DNA of 64,000 nt from Lingula anatina (taxonomy: Eukaryota > Animalia > Brachiopoda), in NCBI GenBank assembly GCA_051362555.1, contig JBPQGU010000016.1:5518001-5582000 (forward strand), given 5' to 3'. Below, piece after piece: positions 12,103 through 27,100 of this stretch; positions within the stretch are counted from its first letter, which is position 1, and every line of letters starts with the position of its first letter. The translations under genes were made by a program, and so were the position numbers. Below the pieces are notes generated by a model, which saw nothing but the letters and a program-made list of their open reading frames with translations, had not been told where the DNA came from and searched no databases.

Positions 12103-15100
12103 CTAAGACCCAAGCACTGGATGATTGTCCAAGATGACAACACTGTTTGGTTTATGGAGCTCAAAGACCAAAATCTACAAGTATGCAAAGAAAAAAGTTA
12201 GTTTTTAAAACATATACATCAAATGTTACATCTGATTCATTTTTCTTCAATTTCACGTCAGTGTGCAGTGTTCTGTCTTCTTTTTTAAAAATAAAATATT
12301 TAAATTCATATGGAGGGTGCAATATGGCCGTTTAAGTTTGTCACCCCACTTCTAAAAACTTAAAGACTGCTACAAAAATAGCTAAAAAAACTGACTGACA
12401 AGAAGTTAAATGCCTTAATTGACTGTCAAAAATATTAATTCCTTTTAATTTCACATCCTTTTGGAGTGTATATTTGTTTCCTATCTAAACCTACCTCATT
12501 GTCTCCCTTCTTGAGCAGTGGTCCAGGCAGGTAGAGGGTCCCCTGGGGTCCTTTCTCCCAATACCTGCCCAGGTTAAACCCATTCACAAATACCACACCT
12601 TTCTTCCAACCCTGACAACATGAACAAAGCTTTAATGATCTCACAAGTTGAGAGGAAGAAAGAACATGAATATCTGACCATTTCAATTTTTTAATAAATG
12701 AGGGAATGAGGAACAGTGTGTATTTCATGTATTGTATGAGTAAATCTTAGAAATGAATACAACAAGGTACATATAATTTTAGCAAAGTATCATAATTATT
12801 CTAACCAACTGCTAGAAGGAAGAATATCATCAGAATCTGTAGCAATACTATTTGTTGTTGCTGTAAATATTAACAATATAAATAGTTTACTGACCACCAT
12901 ATTTATGTATGTGTCTCTGGCTGATTCTTCATGGATAAAGAAAGTACCCCTGAATATTGCCGGTCCCTGGAATTCCCTGTCAAATTTTGTCCATTTGGGG
13001 GAAGATACAATACTGAAAAATATATCAAATATTTTCACTGAATGGCCACATTAGCATTCTGTTACAGTGTACTAAGATTAATATTATTAGCTAGCACCCT
13101 GACAATAAAGTTATAGATCCGAGGAAATGACAATTGGGCATATTAAAAACTGTAACCTACTTTCTCAAAAATTTTTTCTTGAACTCCAGAGGATAAATGG
13201 ACCATCCCTCTAGTTTGGTATCCCCTAAGTTTACTGGTTCTACCAGACCTGGATTAATAGAAATCATAATATATAGACCCAAGGTTACTGGTTCTACCAC
13301 ACCTGGATTAATAGAAATCATAATATATAGCCCTAAGGTTACTGGTTCTACCAGACCTGGATTAATAGAAATCATAATATATAGCCCTAAGGTTACTGGT
13401 TCTACCAGACCTGGATTAATAGAAATCATAATATATAGCCCTAAGTTTACTGGTTCTACCAGACCTGGATTAATAGAAATCATAATATATAGCCCTAAGT
13501 TTACTGGTTCTACCAGACCTGGATTAAAAGAAATCATAATATATAGCCCTAAGGTTACTGGTTCTATCACACCTGGATTAATAGAAATCATAATATATAG
13601 CCCTAAGGTTACTGGTTCTACCAGACCTGGATTAATAGAAATCATAATATATAGCCCTAAGTTTACTGGTTCTACCAGACCTGGATTAAAAGAAATCATA
13701 ATATATAGCCCTAAGTTTACTGGTTCTACCAGACCTGGATTAAAAGAAATCATAATATATAGCCCTAAGGTTACTGGTTCTATCACACCTGGATTAATAG
13801 AAATCATAATATATAGCCCTAAGTTTACTGGTTCTACCAGACCTGGATTAAAAGAAATCATAATATATAGCCCTAAGGTTACTGGTTCTATCACACCTGG
13901 ATTAATAGAAATCATAATATATAGCCCTAAGGTTACTGGTTCTACCAGACCTGGATTAATAGAAATCATAATATATAGACCCAAGGTTACTGGTTCTACC
14001 AGACCTGGATTAAAAGAAATCATAATATATAGCCCTAAGGTTACTGGTTCTACCACACCTGGATTAATAGAAATCATAATATATAGCCCTAAGGTTACTG
14101 GTTCTACCAGACCTGGATTAACAGAAATCAAAATATAGAGCCCTAAGGTTACTGGCTCTACTAGACCTGGATTAATAGAAATCATAATATATAGACCCAA
14201 GGTTACTGGTTCTACCTGACCTGGATTATTAGAAATCATAATATATAGCCCTCAAGTTACTGGCTCTACCAGACCTGGATTAATAGAAATCATAACCTAT
14301 AGCCCTCAAGTTACTGGCTCTACCAGACCTGGATTAATAGAAATCATAATATATAGCCCTAAGGTTACTGGTTCTACCAGACCTGGATTAATAGAAATCA
14401 TAATATATAGCCCTAAGGTCACTGGTTCTACCAGACCTGGATTAATAGAAATCATAATATATAGACCCAAGGTTACTGGTTCTACCAGACCTGGATTAAT
14501 AGAAATCATAATATATAGCCCTAAGGTTACTGGCTCTACCAGACCTGGATTAATAGAAATCATAATATATAGCCCTAAGGTTTCTGGCTCTACCAGACCT
14601 GGATTAATAGAAATCATAATATGTAGCCCTAAGGTTACTGGCTCTACCAGACCTGGATTAATAGAAATCATAATATATAGCCCTAAGGTTACTGGCTCTA
14701 CCAGACCTGGATTAATAGAAGTAATAAATTGAATGGAAAGCTCTGCTTAAAGACAATGTCAAAAAGTCATGTTTAAGATAAACATATCTCGCCAAACATA
14801 CATAAGGAACTTCTTTTTAATTTTTTTGCATTTCACATTAACACACTGACTATTTCAGTGGCATGAGGTTTAATCATATCTTTTACAATATTTTGATGAT
14901 AAAAAAAACTATGATCTACAATTTACATTATAATTCTCTATGACATCATGTCAAATAAAATGTACAATTTCATCACCATATACCTTTTCTCTGATCATCC
15001 AGCACCCCTGATTTACCATCAGCATAGTTCACTCTCCCAAGATTTTCAACCAAAATGTCCAACATGCCCATCTGAGAAATGGGAAAAACATAAGAACTGC

Positions 15101-18100
15101 AGCACAGATTAGTTTTCTTGTAGGTCAACAATATTTCCACACGTAAATTGTGAAAAAAATAAACTGAATTTTATTATTCTCACAATAATTTTATTATGTA
15201 CTATCCTTCTAAACCAAAGGTACATTTATAAAATTGTAAAAGTATTTAACTGAACAAATTAGGATAATAAATACACGGATCAGTAATATGTCCCACCTTG
15301 GATACTTTCACTTCCACTATCTGGTCTGGCTTGTAACAATCTATAACACCCTCCTCATTCCCATCAAAAAGTACCTTTAAATAGAAACATTAACAATGTA
15401 CATTTGAGGATATTAATTTCAAATATATATATATATATATATATGGTTTTTCATGTCTGTGAAAAAAAACCTTAAATAGAAAATTTTACTTTGCACATAT
15501 AAGGAAATTAATTTGAGAAATTACATAGTTCAAAGATAAACATAGCATAATGATATGACCTTATCAGTTAGTAGTGCAGATTTTTTTACACTTTACAGTA
15601 TAGAGACAAAGATATTATCCATCCATTGTTTTGGCCAATGCAATAATCTATTTCAATTTATTCATGGTATAAAGCCAGGCCCATAGCTAGCAATTACAAA
15701 AGGGGGTTTCTTTTTCTGAAAATGTGGACCTTTTGTCATAAAACCTTAATTTTCCTAAATCAAAATTTCCCAGAGTAGACATTAACCTTGAAACCCCCCC
15801 CCCCCCCCCCCCCCCAGCTACAGGGCTGTCAGCTGTCCAATAAATGGTCATCAATGCCACTGACCACTGCTCTATCCCTGACATGACCAGTGATCTTCAA
15901 GGTGCCTCCACTGGTCACACTCTTCCTATACAGTATAAAGCCATAGCCCTGTCCTCCACCATTGTTAATATCCAAGAACTCCATGGGGATCACTTCTTTG
16001 GAATGGACAGACTACCAATGGGAAAAATGGAAAGTAGGCTTATCAAATGCTCTGATTGCTAGATGATATATATAACATAAACAAGGCAGCAAAGCTGTCA
16101 AATGTACAGACAAAAAGCAGGAAATAACAAAATAGGCTACTGTCAATTCTGATGCAAAAGTACATTATGTTAAACTGCAAATTCAACATCAAATTTTAAT
16201 TATGCTCAACAGGTAATACCAATGTAAGTAAAATGTGTAACAAGCATAAGGCTTCAGGCCTGTGGGAGTTCAAGTTCACACTTTGAAAATGTAAAACTTC
16301 CAGAAAAAGAAGTCAATTAGACTGCTTTTCCAACTCAGGCTGCATTTTAGTCCTGTATTTCTTTTTTGAAAGTTTGGCAATCATAAGTAACATGGTTTTC
16401 CCATAATGGTCATCATGGCAGCAGCACCCAAAATTGTGTTTTCTTCTATTCTGATGCAATATTACAAAATGGTTAACAGCATAATGACAATCAATTTTTA
16501 ATAACAAAATATACGTATCATGGATTTTCAGAAAATGTGACTAGCATGGGTCTTCAAGCCTGATGAACTTCAAAGTCACACCTTGAAAATGCCAATATGT
16601 GAAAAATTAAATTTTCACAAAAAAACTGTTTAACTGGCAGATTGCATTGCCTACTGAAGCTATATTTTAGTCCCATATTTCTTTGTAAGTTTGAGAACAG
16701 TAAGTAACATGGGTTTTCTTAAATGGTCATCATGGGAGCAGTGCCCAAAATAGGTTTTTTTTTCAAATTTTGATGCAATATTACATAATGTTTAACAGCA
16801 TAATGACCATCAATTTTTAATAATAAAATATTAGTATCATGGATATTCAGAAAATGTGACTAGCAAAGGTCTTCAGGCCCATGGAAATTCAAAGTCACAT
16901 CTTGAAAATGCCAAAATGTAGACAAGACAGCACTGTCCTAAAATGTTTTTTTTTTTTCATTTTTAACAATTTTTTAACATATAACAAAATTAACACTTTA
17001 CTGTCATTTTTATATGATCAACTAAGAAAATTGATGAGATGGGAAAAATATCAATAGAACAGTGTTTAATGTCCAATTTCCTCCATTCTATGTTTCTGAA
17101 CATAGTGAATGAATGAATCTTACAAACTACAATGATATGAGTTTATTTCCATTTTTGAAACTCTGTTATACAATACATGATAACAAGTTTACCATCATTT
17201 TTACACAATCAACTAACAATGTTGTACAGATGCAGGAAATGTGAAACAAACACCTTTACGTATCTTATTAGTTAAATAATGAGACTGTTAACATGCCTAA
17301 GAATTGAATCTGAGGAAATGTGAAAAAACAGCATAACTTCTAAAATAATGGCCCGATAATGCTGATTTTCGAACTTGACCTGCGTTTTAGTGAGATTGAT
17401 TACTCCTGTGAGTTTCATGACAACAGGCCTATCGGTTTTCCTTGAAATGTGTTAACAGTGTTGCATATAAGCTAAAAAGTGAAAAAAACAGCATAACTTC
17501 TACAATAATTGCCCAAACATGCTGATTTTCTAACTTGACCTGCGTTTTATAAATATTTATCAGCTCTGTAAATATAAAGCCAAAAAGTAAAACTGTCTTC
17601 CACTTATCGTGTTAACGATGAAAGTGCACGGCGACGGCGACGGCGACATCGACGGCGACAGGGACGGCGACGACAGACGCAGGTGATGGCAATATGTACA
17701 GACACATCTGTGTCTGTACATAAAAAAACTGGAAAATAGTTTACTTTATTTAAGATAGATGTCACTCTGGAACAATACAAGATCATTTTAAAAGAACAAA
17801 TGTGCAATAAACATAGATTACTTCGATTATATCTACAATTAGTGAATATTATGATCTCTTTAATATCAAAGAGTAAAATGATAAATCAATTACCACAATA
17901 TTTCTTCTTATATTCATAATCAGTTAAAGAGACAATAAGAAAATCTTACAGCATCTCACCTCTACATATGTCAGCATAGAATCCAACGGCATATACCTGG
18001 TCATCTTCACTGTGCCTGTAGAAAATATCACACAGAGAGAGTGATAAAATATAACATAGAATCCAACATAATGTACCTGGTCATCTTCACTGTGCCTGTA

Positions 18101-21100
18101 GAAAATATCACACAGAGAGAGTGATAAAATATAACATAGAATCCAACATAATGTACCTGGTCATCTTCACTGTGCCTGTAGAAAATATCACACAGAGAGA
18201 GTGATAAAATATAACATAGAATCCAACATAATGTACCTGGTCATCTTCACTGTGCCTGTAGAAAATATCACACAGAGAGAGTGATAAAATATAACATAGA
18301 ATCCAACATAATGTACCTGGTCATCTTCACTGTGCCTGTAGAAAATATCACACAGACATTGTTATACCAATTAACACTTAAACATATAAACACATAAGAC
18401 TAAGAACACAAGTTTTTTTTCACTCATGTGTCATGCAGTACAAACAGCCTTATTTGTATAAAAATTGTAAAAGATGTGTCTGCATGCACAATGATCAGAG
18501 GTAGCATTAAAAAATTCTGATGCACATCTGTATAAATTTGATGTATCTAGAGATTTAAATTTAAATTTAAAAAGTTTAACATAGTTACCATATCCCATGG
18601 TCCCCAAGTGAGCAGAAGATGGCAGCTCAGGTAGAGGATGGGGTACTGGAAGTATAGGACATGGATTTATTTAATGGCAGATTCTGAACTTCTACAAACA
18701 TCTGAAAACCTCAGTGATGAAGTAAGTCTCAATGAAATGGTAAATTGTGTGCACTTAAACTTGTTAAAGTTGTTACTGTCAGAGTAAAAAATGTATGAGT
18801 CACTGAGAGAATTGCTTTTCTGACTAAATAATGTAACTTTTAAAATTCACTGTGTTTTAGTAAACCACAATAACTACAGAGGGCAGGCAAGGTGTTCTCA
18901 CTTTCACTTGGGATCATCTCTTCAAATATTTCTTTGATCTTTGCATATTTGTTGGTCAAACCTCCTCGCTCATTTAGTGGAGCATCATAGTCTGGAAGAA
19001 AACATTTGAAACATTTTCCATTTGGATGTTTTTTGTTGTTGTTATTGTTGTTGTTTATCATCAGATTAAATCTGCAAAGTTACAAACAACTAAATAAAAT
19101 TGGACTGTACTTTTTATGATAATTTCTTAAGTATCTAATAGGACACTTGTTATGTTCAAACACAACCAGAAACTTAACATAGTCATAATTTGGCTATCTC
19201 CACATCAAGTGACCAGTGTGAAAAGTCAACTCATTTTTGTACTGTCCACTTATTTTTAGTTCATATTCAAAGTCAGACTAATATGTTAGACTGAAAACAG
19301 TCTTTGATGTCGCCAGTTGATGAGGTTGTTTTAAAGGTACATACGAACTGAGCATTGGTGGAGGGCGGATTCCCAGTAACACATGTAAACCACTTCTACT
19401 AGTTTCTTCTATGACACTAATAAATTCCACATGCCAAGGGATAAACTGAATAAATCACCCGATCAACCATAAAAGAGCGTTAGAGTGCTCCTTTCTTTAA
19501 ATTTTTGGTTGTCAATTTAACCTACTTTTGTGACCTACTTTTCTGCCCCATTGACATACAGCATAGAATGCTAGCAGAAAAATCTGTTCAAACAACACTT
19601 TCGGGTAAAATTAAACAATGCCTTTTGGCAATTCTCTTAGTTATACTACTTGAAACTATATGCTGGCATTTGGTTGGTTTTTATGACAAAAAAATGACTT
19701 TGTATGTATCTTTAAATGAAATACAAAGTGTCATATTTGAACCTGGCAGTCTGGTGGTCAACCCTTACATACTGCCTTGTCTTCAATTTGGTACTTAATG
19801 CATCTTCAAGAGATGATATTAAAGTAAAAAGTTATATTTCACACTAAAAAAAGAATATTGGAACACACCAAAACTAGACCTAATTTTAGGCTGAGGTACA
19901 GTTGTATCCTTCTGCACTAAAATGTTCAAGTTACACACCCAACTACACGTCAACTATTTCCCGTCTAAATGAGTCCATTTGTAAACATGCTCTCACCATA
20001 GCTTGTGATGGTCGGTGCATATGGCGGCCCGTTAGCACCATTCATGAAGCCAAAGTTGGTGCCTCCATGAAACATGTAGAAATTCACTGAGCCATCATTC
20101 TTCAGAATATACCTCAGCACAGTTTCAGTTTCTGGAAAAAAAACGAAGAAAATAATAATTACTCAACATGTTGGAAAACTAATTGTAATGACATGTTAAG
20201 ATATTCCCAGTCAGAGAAAAGATTTTTAAAGAAAGGAAAGTTCAGCTATAAAAAATGAAAAAACAGCATAACTACTAAAATAGTGGCCCGATCATGCCGA
20301 TTTTCGAAGTTGACCTGCGTTTTAGTAAGATTGATTACTCCTGTGAGTTTCATGACAACAGGCCTAACGGTTTTCCTTAAAATGTGTTTACAAGGTTGCA
20401 TATATGCTGAAAAGTGAAAAAAAAACGCATATCTTCTACTATAATGGCCCGATCATGCTGATTTTTCGAACTTGACCTGCGTTTTATGAATATTCATCAG
20501 CTCTGTAAATATAAAACCAAAAAGTAAAACTGTGTTCCACTTATCGTGTTTACGCTGAAAGTGCACGGCGCCGGCGCCAGCATCGGCATCGGCATCGGCG
20601 ACGGCGACGACAGACGCAGGTGATGGCAATATGTACAGACACATCTGTGTCTGTACATAAAAAAGAATGAAAATGTAACAGTTAGAAACCCTTTATACAA
20701 ACCATATTTGAATTTAACAAGCCACTTGTAATCATCTCATAAGAATCTACAATATGTTTAATTACATCCACATGTCTTTGATGGTTTCTTAATTAACAAT
20801 CTAGCTCAAAAAGTAATGGACTGATTGTGAAGTCTCAAAATGGGTAAGGAATGGGATAACTTAGAATCAATTACATTTTGGCAATTAATAACCAATTAAT
20901 TTTAATCAATAATGTCGATTTAACTGCCTTGGCAGATGTCTGCCTGAAAGCTTTTCAAGTTCTTACTTTCTTCACTATACTTATGATGCTCCTCTCCCCA
21001 GTGGTCAAACCAGCCTGGCCAGAACTCCATCGCCATCAGCGGCCACTCAGGGTTCGTTTTCCTGATCTGATTGAACAGTCCCTCAGCAACATGGAGCTCA

Positions 21101-24100
21101 TTAAAGTTGGCTGTCACCAGCACTGAAAGTAAGCAAGTACTTCACTCAGAGACATTACAGTGTTTTCTTCTACTCCCTCCCCCTCCCACAATGACCCTCC
21201 CTCTCCAACAATGACCCTCTCCCTCCCACAATGACCCTCCCTTTCCAACAATGACCCACCCCCTCCAACAATGACCCTCCCTCTCCAACAATGACCCTCT
21301 CCCTCCCACAATGACCCTCCCTTTCCAACAATGACCCACCCCCTCCAACAATGACCCTCCCTCTCCAACAATGACCCACCCCCTCCAACAATGACCCACC
21401 CCATCCAACAATGACCCTGCCTCTCCAACAATGACCCTCCCTCTCCAACAATGACCCTCCCTCTCCAACAATGACCCTCCCTCTCCAACAATGACCCTCC
21501 CTCTCCAACAATGACCCTCCCTCTCAAACAATGACCCACCCCCTCCAACAATGACCCTCCCCCTCCAACAATGACCCACACCCTCCAACAATGACCCTCC
21601 ACCCTCCAACAATGACCCTCCCCCTCCAACAATGACCCTCCCCCCTCCAACAATGACCCTCCACCCTCCAACAATGACCCTCCACCCCTCCAACACTTCA
21701 CTTTCCACCAATTTGATTCAACAGGGTCAAGGTGAGGTACAACTGCTTTGACTTTTTTCTCTCCATTTTCATATTTGCAAAAATGAAAAAAAAATATAGC
21801 AGGGGAAAGAAGTAGTTTAAGGACCCCTTTGCATTGTAATAATATTTTTGTCTTCATAGAGAAACAGTATCATCTCTACAATCAAAACTGAAGAAACTTT
21901 TCTTGGTGGTGTGCAACTGTACGTTAGTATCTGTACAATGATTTTTTTTAAATTCATTATAGCTGTTTTCATCACAAAGTTCAATCTGTATCAATACAGT
22001 ACCTCCAGGCATCAATCCACATTTTGTTACAGACAGAGAAGGTATTATAACACTATTATATTTTTGGGTCACCCTGTATTATAACTATACTTTCTACAGT
22101 TGTTTTATTAAATAGTTCACTATGTATCAATACCTCCAGGCATGGAGCCCTTATCAATCCCCATGTCATTGTCAGAGGTAAACATCAGCTCTACAATCCC
22201 ATACTTCTCCATAGTCTAAAATAAACAACACTTATTAATTAATTATTTAATTATTTCAAGACAGGGCATCAAAATAAAACAAACAAGTTCATAGTATGCA
22301 GGTGCTTTTGATTTCAGCAGACGCTTAAAAAAATGACATCAATGGAATACTGAAAATACCTCTTGATTGACAATAAATATCACTAATATATAAATATATA
22401 TTAAACCTCTACAAACTGCTTAATTTTGAAATGGTTACAGATCTGTGTATAACCATTCTCATCAATGAACTGTCAAAGAGCAAACATTAAATAAAGATAA
22501 GCGTAACAAAGATAAAGCAAGTAAACAAGATACCGTCTTAACAAACTCCATGTAGTTGATATCATTGGAAAATGACCCATATTCGTTTTCTATTTGCACA
22601 GCTATGATGGGTCCTCCCTTTGTATACTGTAATAAAGAAATGTTTTGATAAGACTGCTTTAAAAGGAGAGGAAACGTTCACCCAAGCATGTAAACCTTGA
22701 ACACGAGTCTTGACTGAAGGTCTCTTATAAATGAAAATATACTGCCTTAAATATCTTCTCAATAGACAAGTAATTAAATCTCATTCTAGATCTTTGAATA
22801 TCAAAACTGAAAAAGATTAATCATAACAAAAACCAATTCTCAATTATAATTATTTAACAAAGTACATTATGTAAATCTTTCAGCCAAAATTGCATGTCAG
22901 CATAAGCCACATATATGTTAAGTATGACTACTTACAGTATTTATATAAGCATGTTTTAATTTTCATTTTTTTTTTACAAAAAAAATTGAAAAATAAAATT
23001 ACCACAAGATTAAGACGACACCCACCTGAAGGTCAGCTACAAGTGGTATGAGTTGAGAGAAGTAGCTATCAACAGCATCCATGAAGGGTTGATATGTGGA
23101 TCGCACTCGCATGTGTGGATCGTGTAATAACCAACTGAAACAAAGGGTTTTTTGGCGAGAATGTAATCATTCAATCCTTAAAAGGTTAATGACTTTTATT
23201 CTACTCATTTTATCATTTGCTTAAAATGATGACAACAGTTTTGAGTTTTTACTTCATTAATTTTTCACATAGTCATGAATAGTATGAAATAGTCAAAAAC
23301 ATATATTTTGTAAGACACCCATCCTAATCATTCTCACCTAGGCAATCCTCCAAAATCCCACTCAGAGCAAATGAATGGCCCTGGTCTAAAGATAACGTAG
23401 AGGCCCAATTTTTTGGCCAACAAAATATATTTCCTAAAATGATTAATTTTAAAGCATGTCAAAATGTTGTTTTACACTAATCATGTTACAGTATATTTCC
23501 AATTTTTAAAATTACAAATGTTAATGTCATTAAAACATTTTAGTATACACAACTCGACTACATTTTACACTACGACATTTTTGTAAGTTTATGAATAAAA
23601 TTCAAAAATAGGGATATAAATATATGTTCATTTTGGTATTGTCAAGTATGACTATTTTGCAAATTTTGTAATGACATTATGGATATTTTCCCAACATCTG
23701 ATAGTTCGTTTTTTTTTTACATTGATATACAACTTTACCCTTCCTTTTAAGTCAGTTATATCTTGCCTTAGATCCAACATGCCATCAAACTTGTAATTTC
23801 CTTTGATTTCTTCATGCAAATTCCATGGAACATACCTTCATTGAAATTATGGAAAGAAAATTATATAAATATTTTTTTAATCAGGGACAATCACATTATA
23901 TAAGCTTCAATACAAATAACAAAGGGGAAGGATCACATTGATTGATTTCTTTACTCTCATTCCTTAATATAAATTTCTATTTAATTTTTCAAATGACAAG
24001 ACAAACTATAATGGATGCAAAAACATAAGATAACAAGGCAGCAAAGCTGTCAAATGTACAGACAAAAAACAGGAAATAACTATGCACAAAATAGGCTACT

Positions 24101-27100
24101 GTCAATTCTGATGCAAAAGTACATTATGTTAAACTGCAAATTCAACATCAAATTTTAATTATGCTCAACAGGTAATACCAATGTAAGTAAAATGTGTAAC
24201 AAGTTCACACTTTGTATATGTATAACTTCCAGAAAAAGAAGCCAATTAGACTGCTTTTCCAACTCAGGCTGCATTTAAGTCCTGTATTTCTTTTATTGAA
24301 AGTAAGGCAATCATAAGTAACATGATTTTCCCATAATGGTCCTCATGGCAGCAGTGCCCAAAATACTTTTTTTCAAATTTTGATGCAATATTACATAATG
24401 TTTAACAGCATAATGACCATCAATTTTAATAATAAAATATTAGTATTATGGATATTCAGAAAATGTGACTAGCAAAGGTCTTCAGGCCCATGGAACTTCA
24501 AGTCACAACTTGAAAATGCCAAAATGTAAACAAGACAGCACTGTTCTGAAATGTTTTTTTTTTATTTTTTATAATTTTTAACATAACACAAAATTAACAG
24601 TTTACTGCCGTTTTTATATGATCAACTAAGAAAATTGATGAGATGGGGAAAATATCAATAGAGCAGTGTTAAATGTCCAATTTCTTCCATTCTGAGATTC
24701 TGAACATAGTGAATGATTGAATCTGACAAACTGCAATGATATGAGTTTATTTCCATTTTTGAAACTTTATTACACAATACATGATAACAAGTTTACCATC
24801 ATTTTTACATAATCAACTAATAATGTTGTAAAGATGCAGGAAATGCCAAACAAACACTTTTACGTATCTTATTAATTAAATAATGAAACTGTTAACATGC
24901 CTAAGAACTGAATCTGAGGAAATGTGAAAAAACGGCATTTTTTTAAAATAATGGCCCGATTATGCTGTTTTTTTTAACTCAACCTGCGTTTTAGCAGGAA
25001 TGACCACTCCTGTGAGTTTAATGACAATTGGCCTGTTTTTCTTATATTGTGTTTACAGTGTTGCATATATGCTGAAAAATGAAAAAACAGCATAACTACT
25101 AAAATAGTGGCCCGATCATGCTGATTTTCGAACTTGATCTGCATTTTATGAATATTCATCAGCTCTGTAAATATACAGTCAAAAAGTAAAATTGCCTTCC
25201 ACTTATCGTGTTTACAATGAAAGTGCACGGCACCAGCGACAGTGACGACGGCGACGACAGACGCAGGTGATGGCAATATGTACAGACACATCTGTACATA
25301 TTTACTGTACTGTTTGAGAACAGTAAGTGACATGGTTTTTCTTAAATGCTCATCATGGGAGCAGTGCCCAAAATAGATTTTTTTCAAATTTTGATGCAAT
25401 ATTACATAATGTTTAACAGCATAATGACCATCAATTTCTAATAATAAAATATTAGTATCATGGATATTCAGAAAATGTGACTAGCAAAGGTCTTCAGGCC
25501 CATGGAACTTCAAAGTCACAACTTGAAAATGCCAAAATGTAAACAAGACAGCACTGTTCTGAAATGTTTTTTTTTTTCCATTTTTAACAATTTTTTAAAC
25601 ATAAAACAAAATTAACAGGTTACTGCCATTTTTATACAATCAACTAAGAAAATTGATGAGATGGGAAAAATATCAATACAACAGTGTTAAATGTCCAATT
25701 TCCTCCATTCTGAGATTCTGAACATAGTGAATGATTAAATCTGACAAACTGCAATGATATGAGTTTGTTTCCATTTTTGAAACTTTATTACACAATACAA
25801 GATAACAAGTTTACCATCATTTTTACATAATCAACTAATAATGTTGTAAAGATGCAGGAAATGTCAACCAAACACTTTTACATGTCTTATTAGTTAAATA
25901 ATAAGACTGTTAACATGCCTAAGAATTGAATCTGAGGAAATGTGAAACAAGACAGCACTGTTCTGACATGGGTTTATTTCCATTTTTAACACTTTTTTTA
26001 ACATAAAACAAAATAAACAGTTTACTGCCATTTTTATAGCATCAACTAAGATAATTGATGAGATGGGAAAATATCAATAGAATAGTGTTAAATGTCCAAT
26101 TTCCTCCATTCTGAGATTCTGAACATAGTGAATGATTGAATCTGACAAACTGCAATGATATGAGTTTATTTCCATTTTTGACACTTTATTACACAATACA
26201 CGATAACAAGTTTACCATCATTTTTACATAATCTACTAACAATGTTGTAAAGATGCAGGAAATGTCAAACAAACACTTTAATGTATCTTATTAGTAAAAT
26301 AATAAGACTGTTAACATGCCTAAGAATTGAATCTGAGGAAATGTGAAAAAACAGCATAACTTCTAAAATAATGGCCCGATTATGCTGATTTTCGAACTCA
26401 ACCTGCGTTTTAGTAAGATTGACCACTCCTGTGAGTTTAATGACAATTGGCCCATCTGTTTTTCTTAAATTGTGTTTACAGTGTTGCACATATGCTGAAA
26501 AAAGGAAAAAACAGCATAACTACTAAAATAGTGGCCCGATCATGCCCATTTTCGGACTTGACCTGCGTTTTAAAAAGATTGATTACTTCTCTGAGTTTCA
26601 TGACAACAGGCCTAACGGTTTTCCTTAAAATGTGTTTACAGGGTTGCATATATGCTGAAAAGTGAAAAAACAGCATAACTTCTACAATAATGGCCCGATC
26701 ATGCTGATTTTCGAACTTGACCTGCGTTTTATGAATATTCATCAGCTCTGTAAATATAAAACCAAAAAATAAAACTGTGTTCCACTTATCGTGTTTACAG
26801 TGAAAGTGCACGGCGACGGCATCGCCATCGGCATCGGCATCGGCATCGGCGACGACGGCGACGACAGACGCAGGTGATGGCAATATGTACAGACACATCT
26901 GTGTCTGTACATAATAATCAAATATAAATGAAAGCTGAGACAATCCAGCCTTTTAATAGGATGGATTAAGGTAAACTGATTATCTTAAACCTGTGTCAAC
27001 ATTTAATCTTACAGTGCCATTAGGATCAACCAGTGCACGTCATAACACTATGCTGAATTTACTAGTAGAATATAACATTTCTATGGCTTTAATGTGAATT

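Noticed and set aside
13197-14138. 313-aa plus-strand repetitive ORF
   Set aside because: It is the antisense reading of the 51-bp array, open only because the unit is a multiple of three.
13223-14720. CRISPR-like appearance of this and the other regular arrays
   Set aside because: The units are contiguous with no unique spacers, there are no cas genes, and the context is eukaryotic introns.
21114-21857. Gly-rich ORFs in all three minus frames
   Set aside because: They arise from a stop-free 20-bp minisatellite inside an intron.
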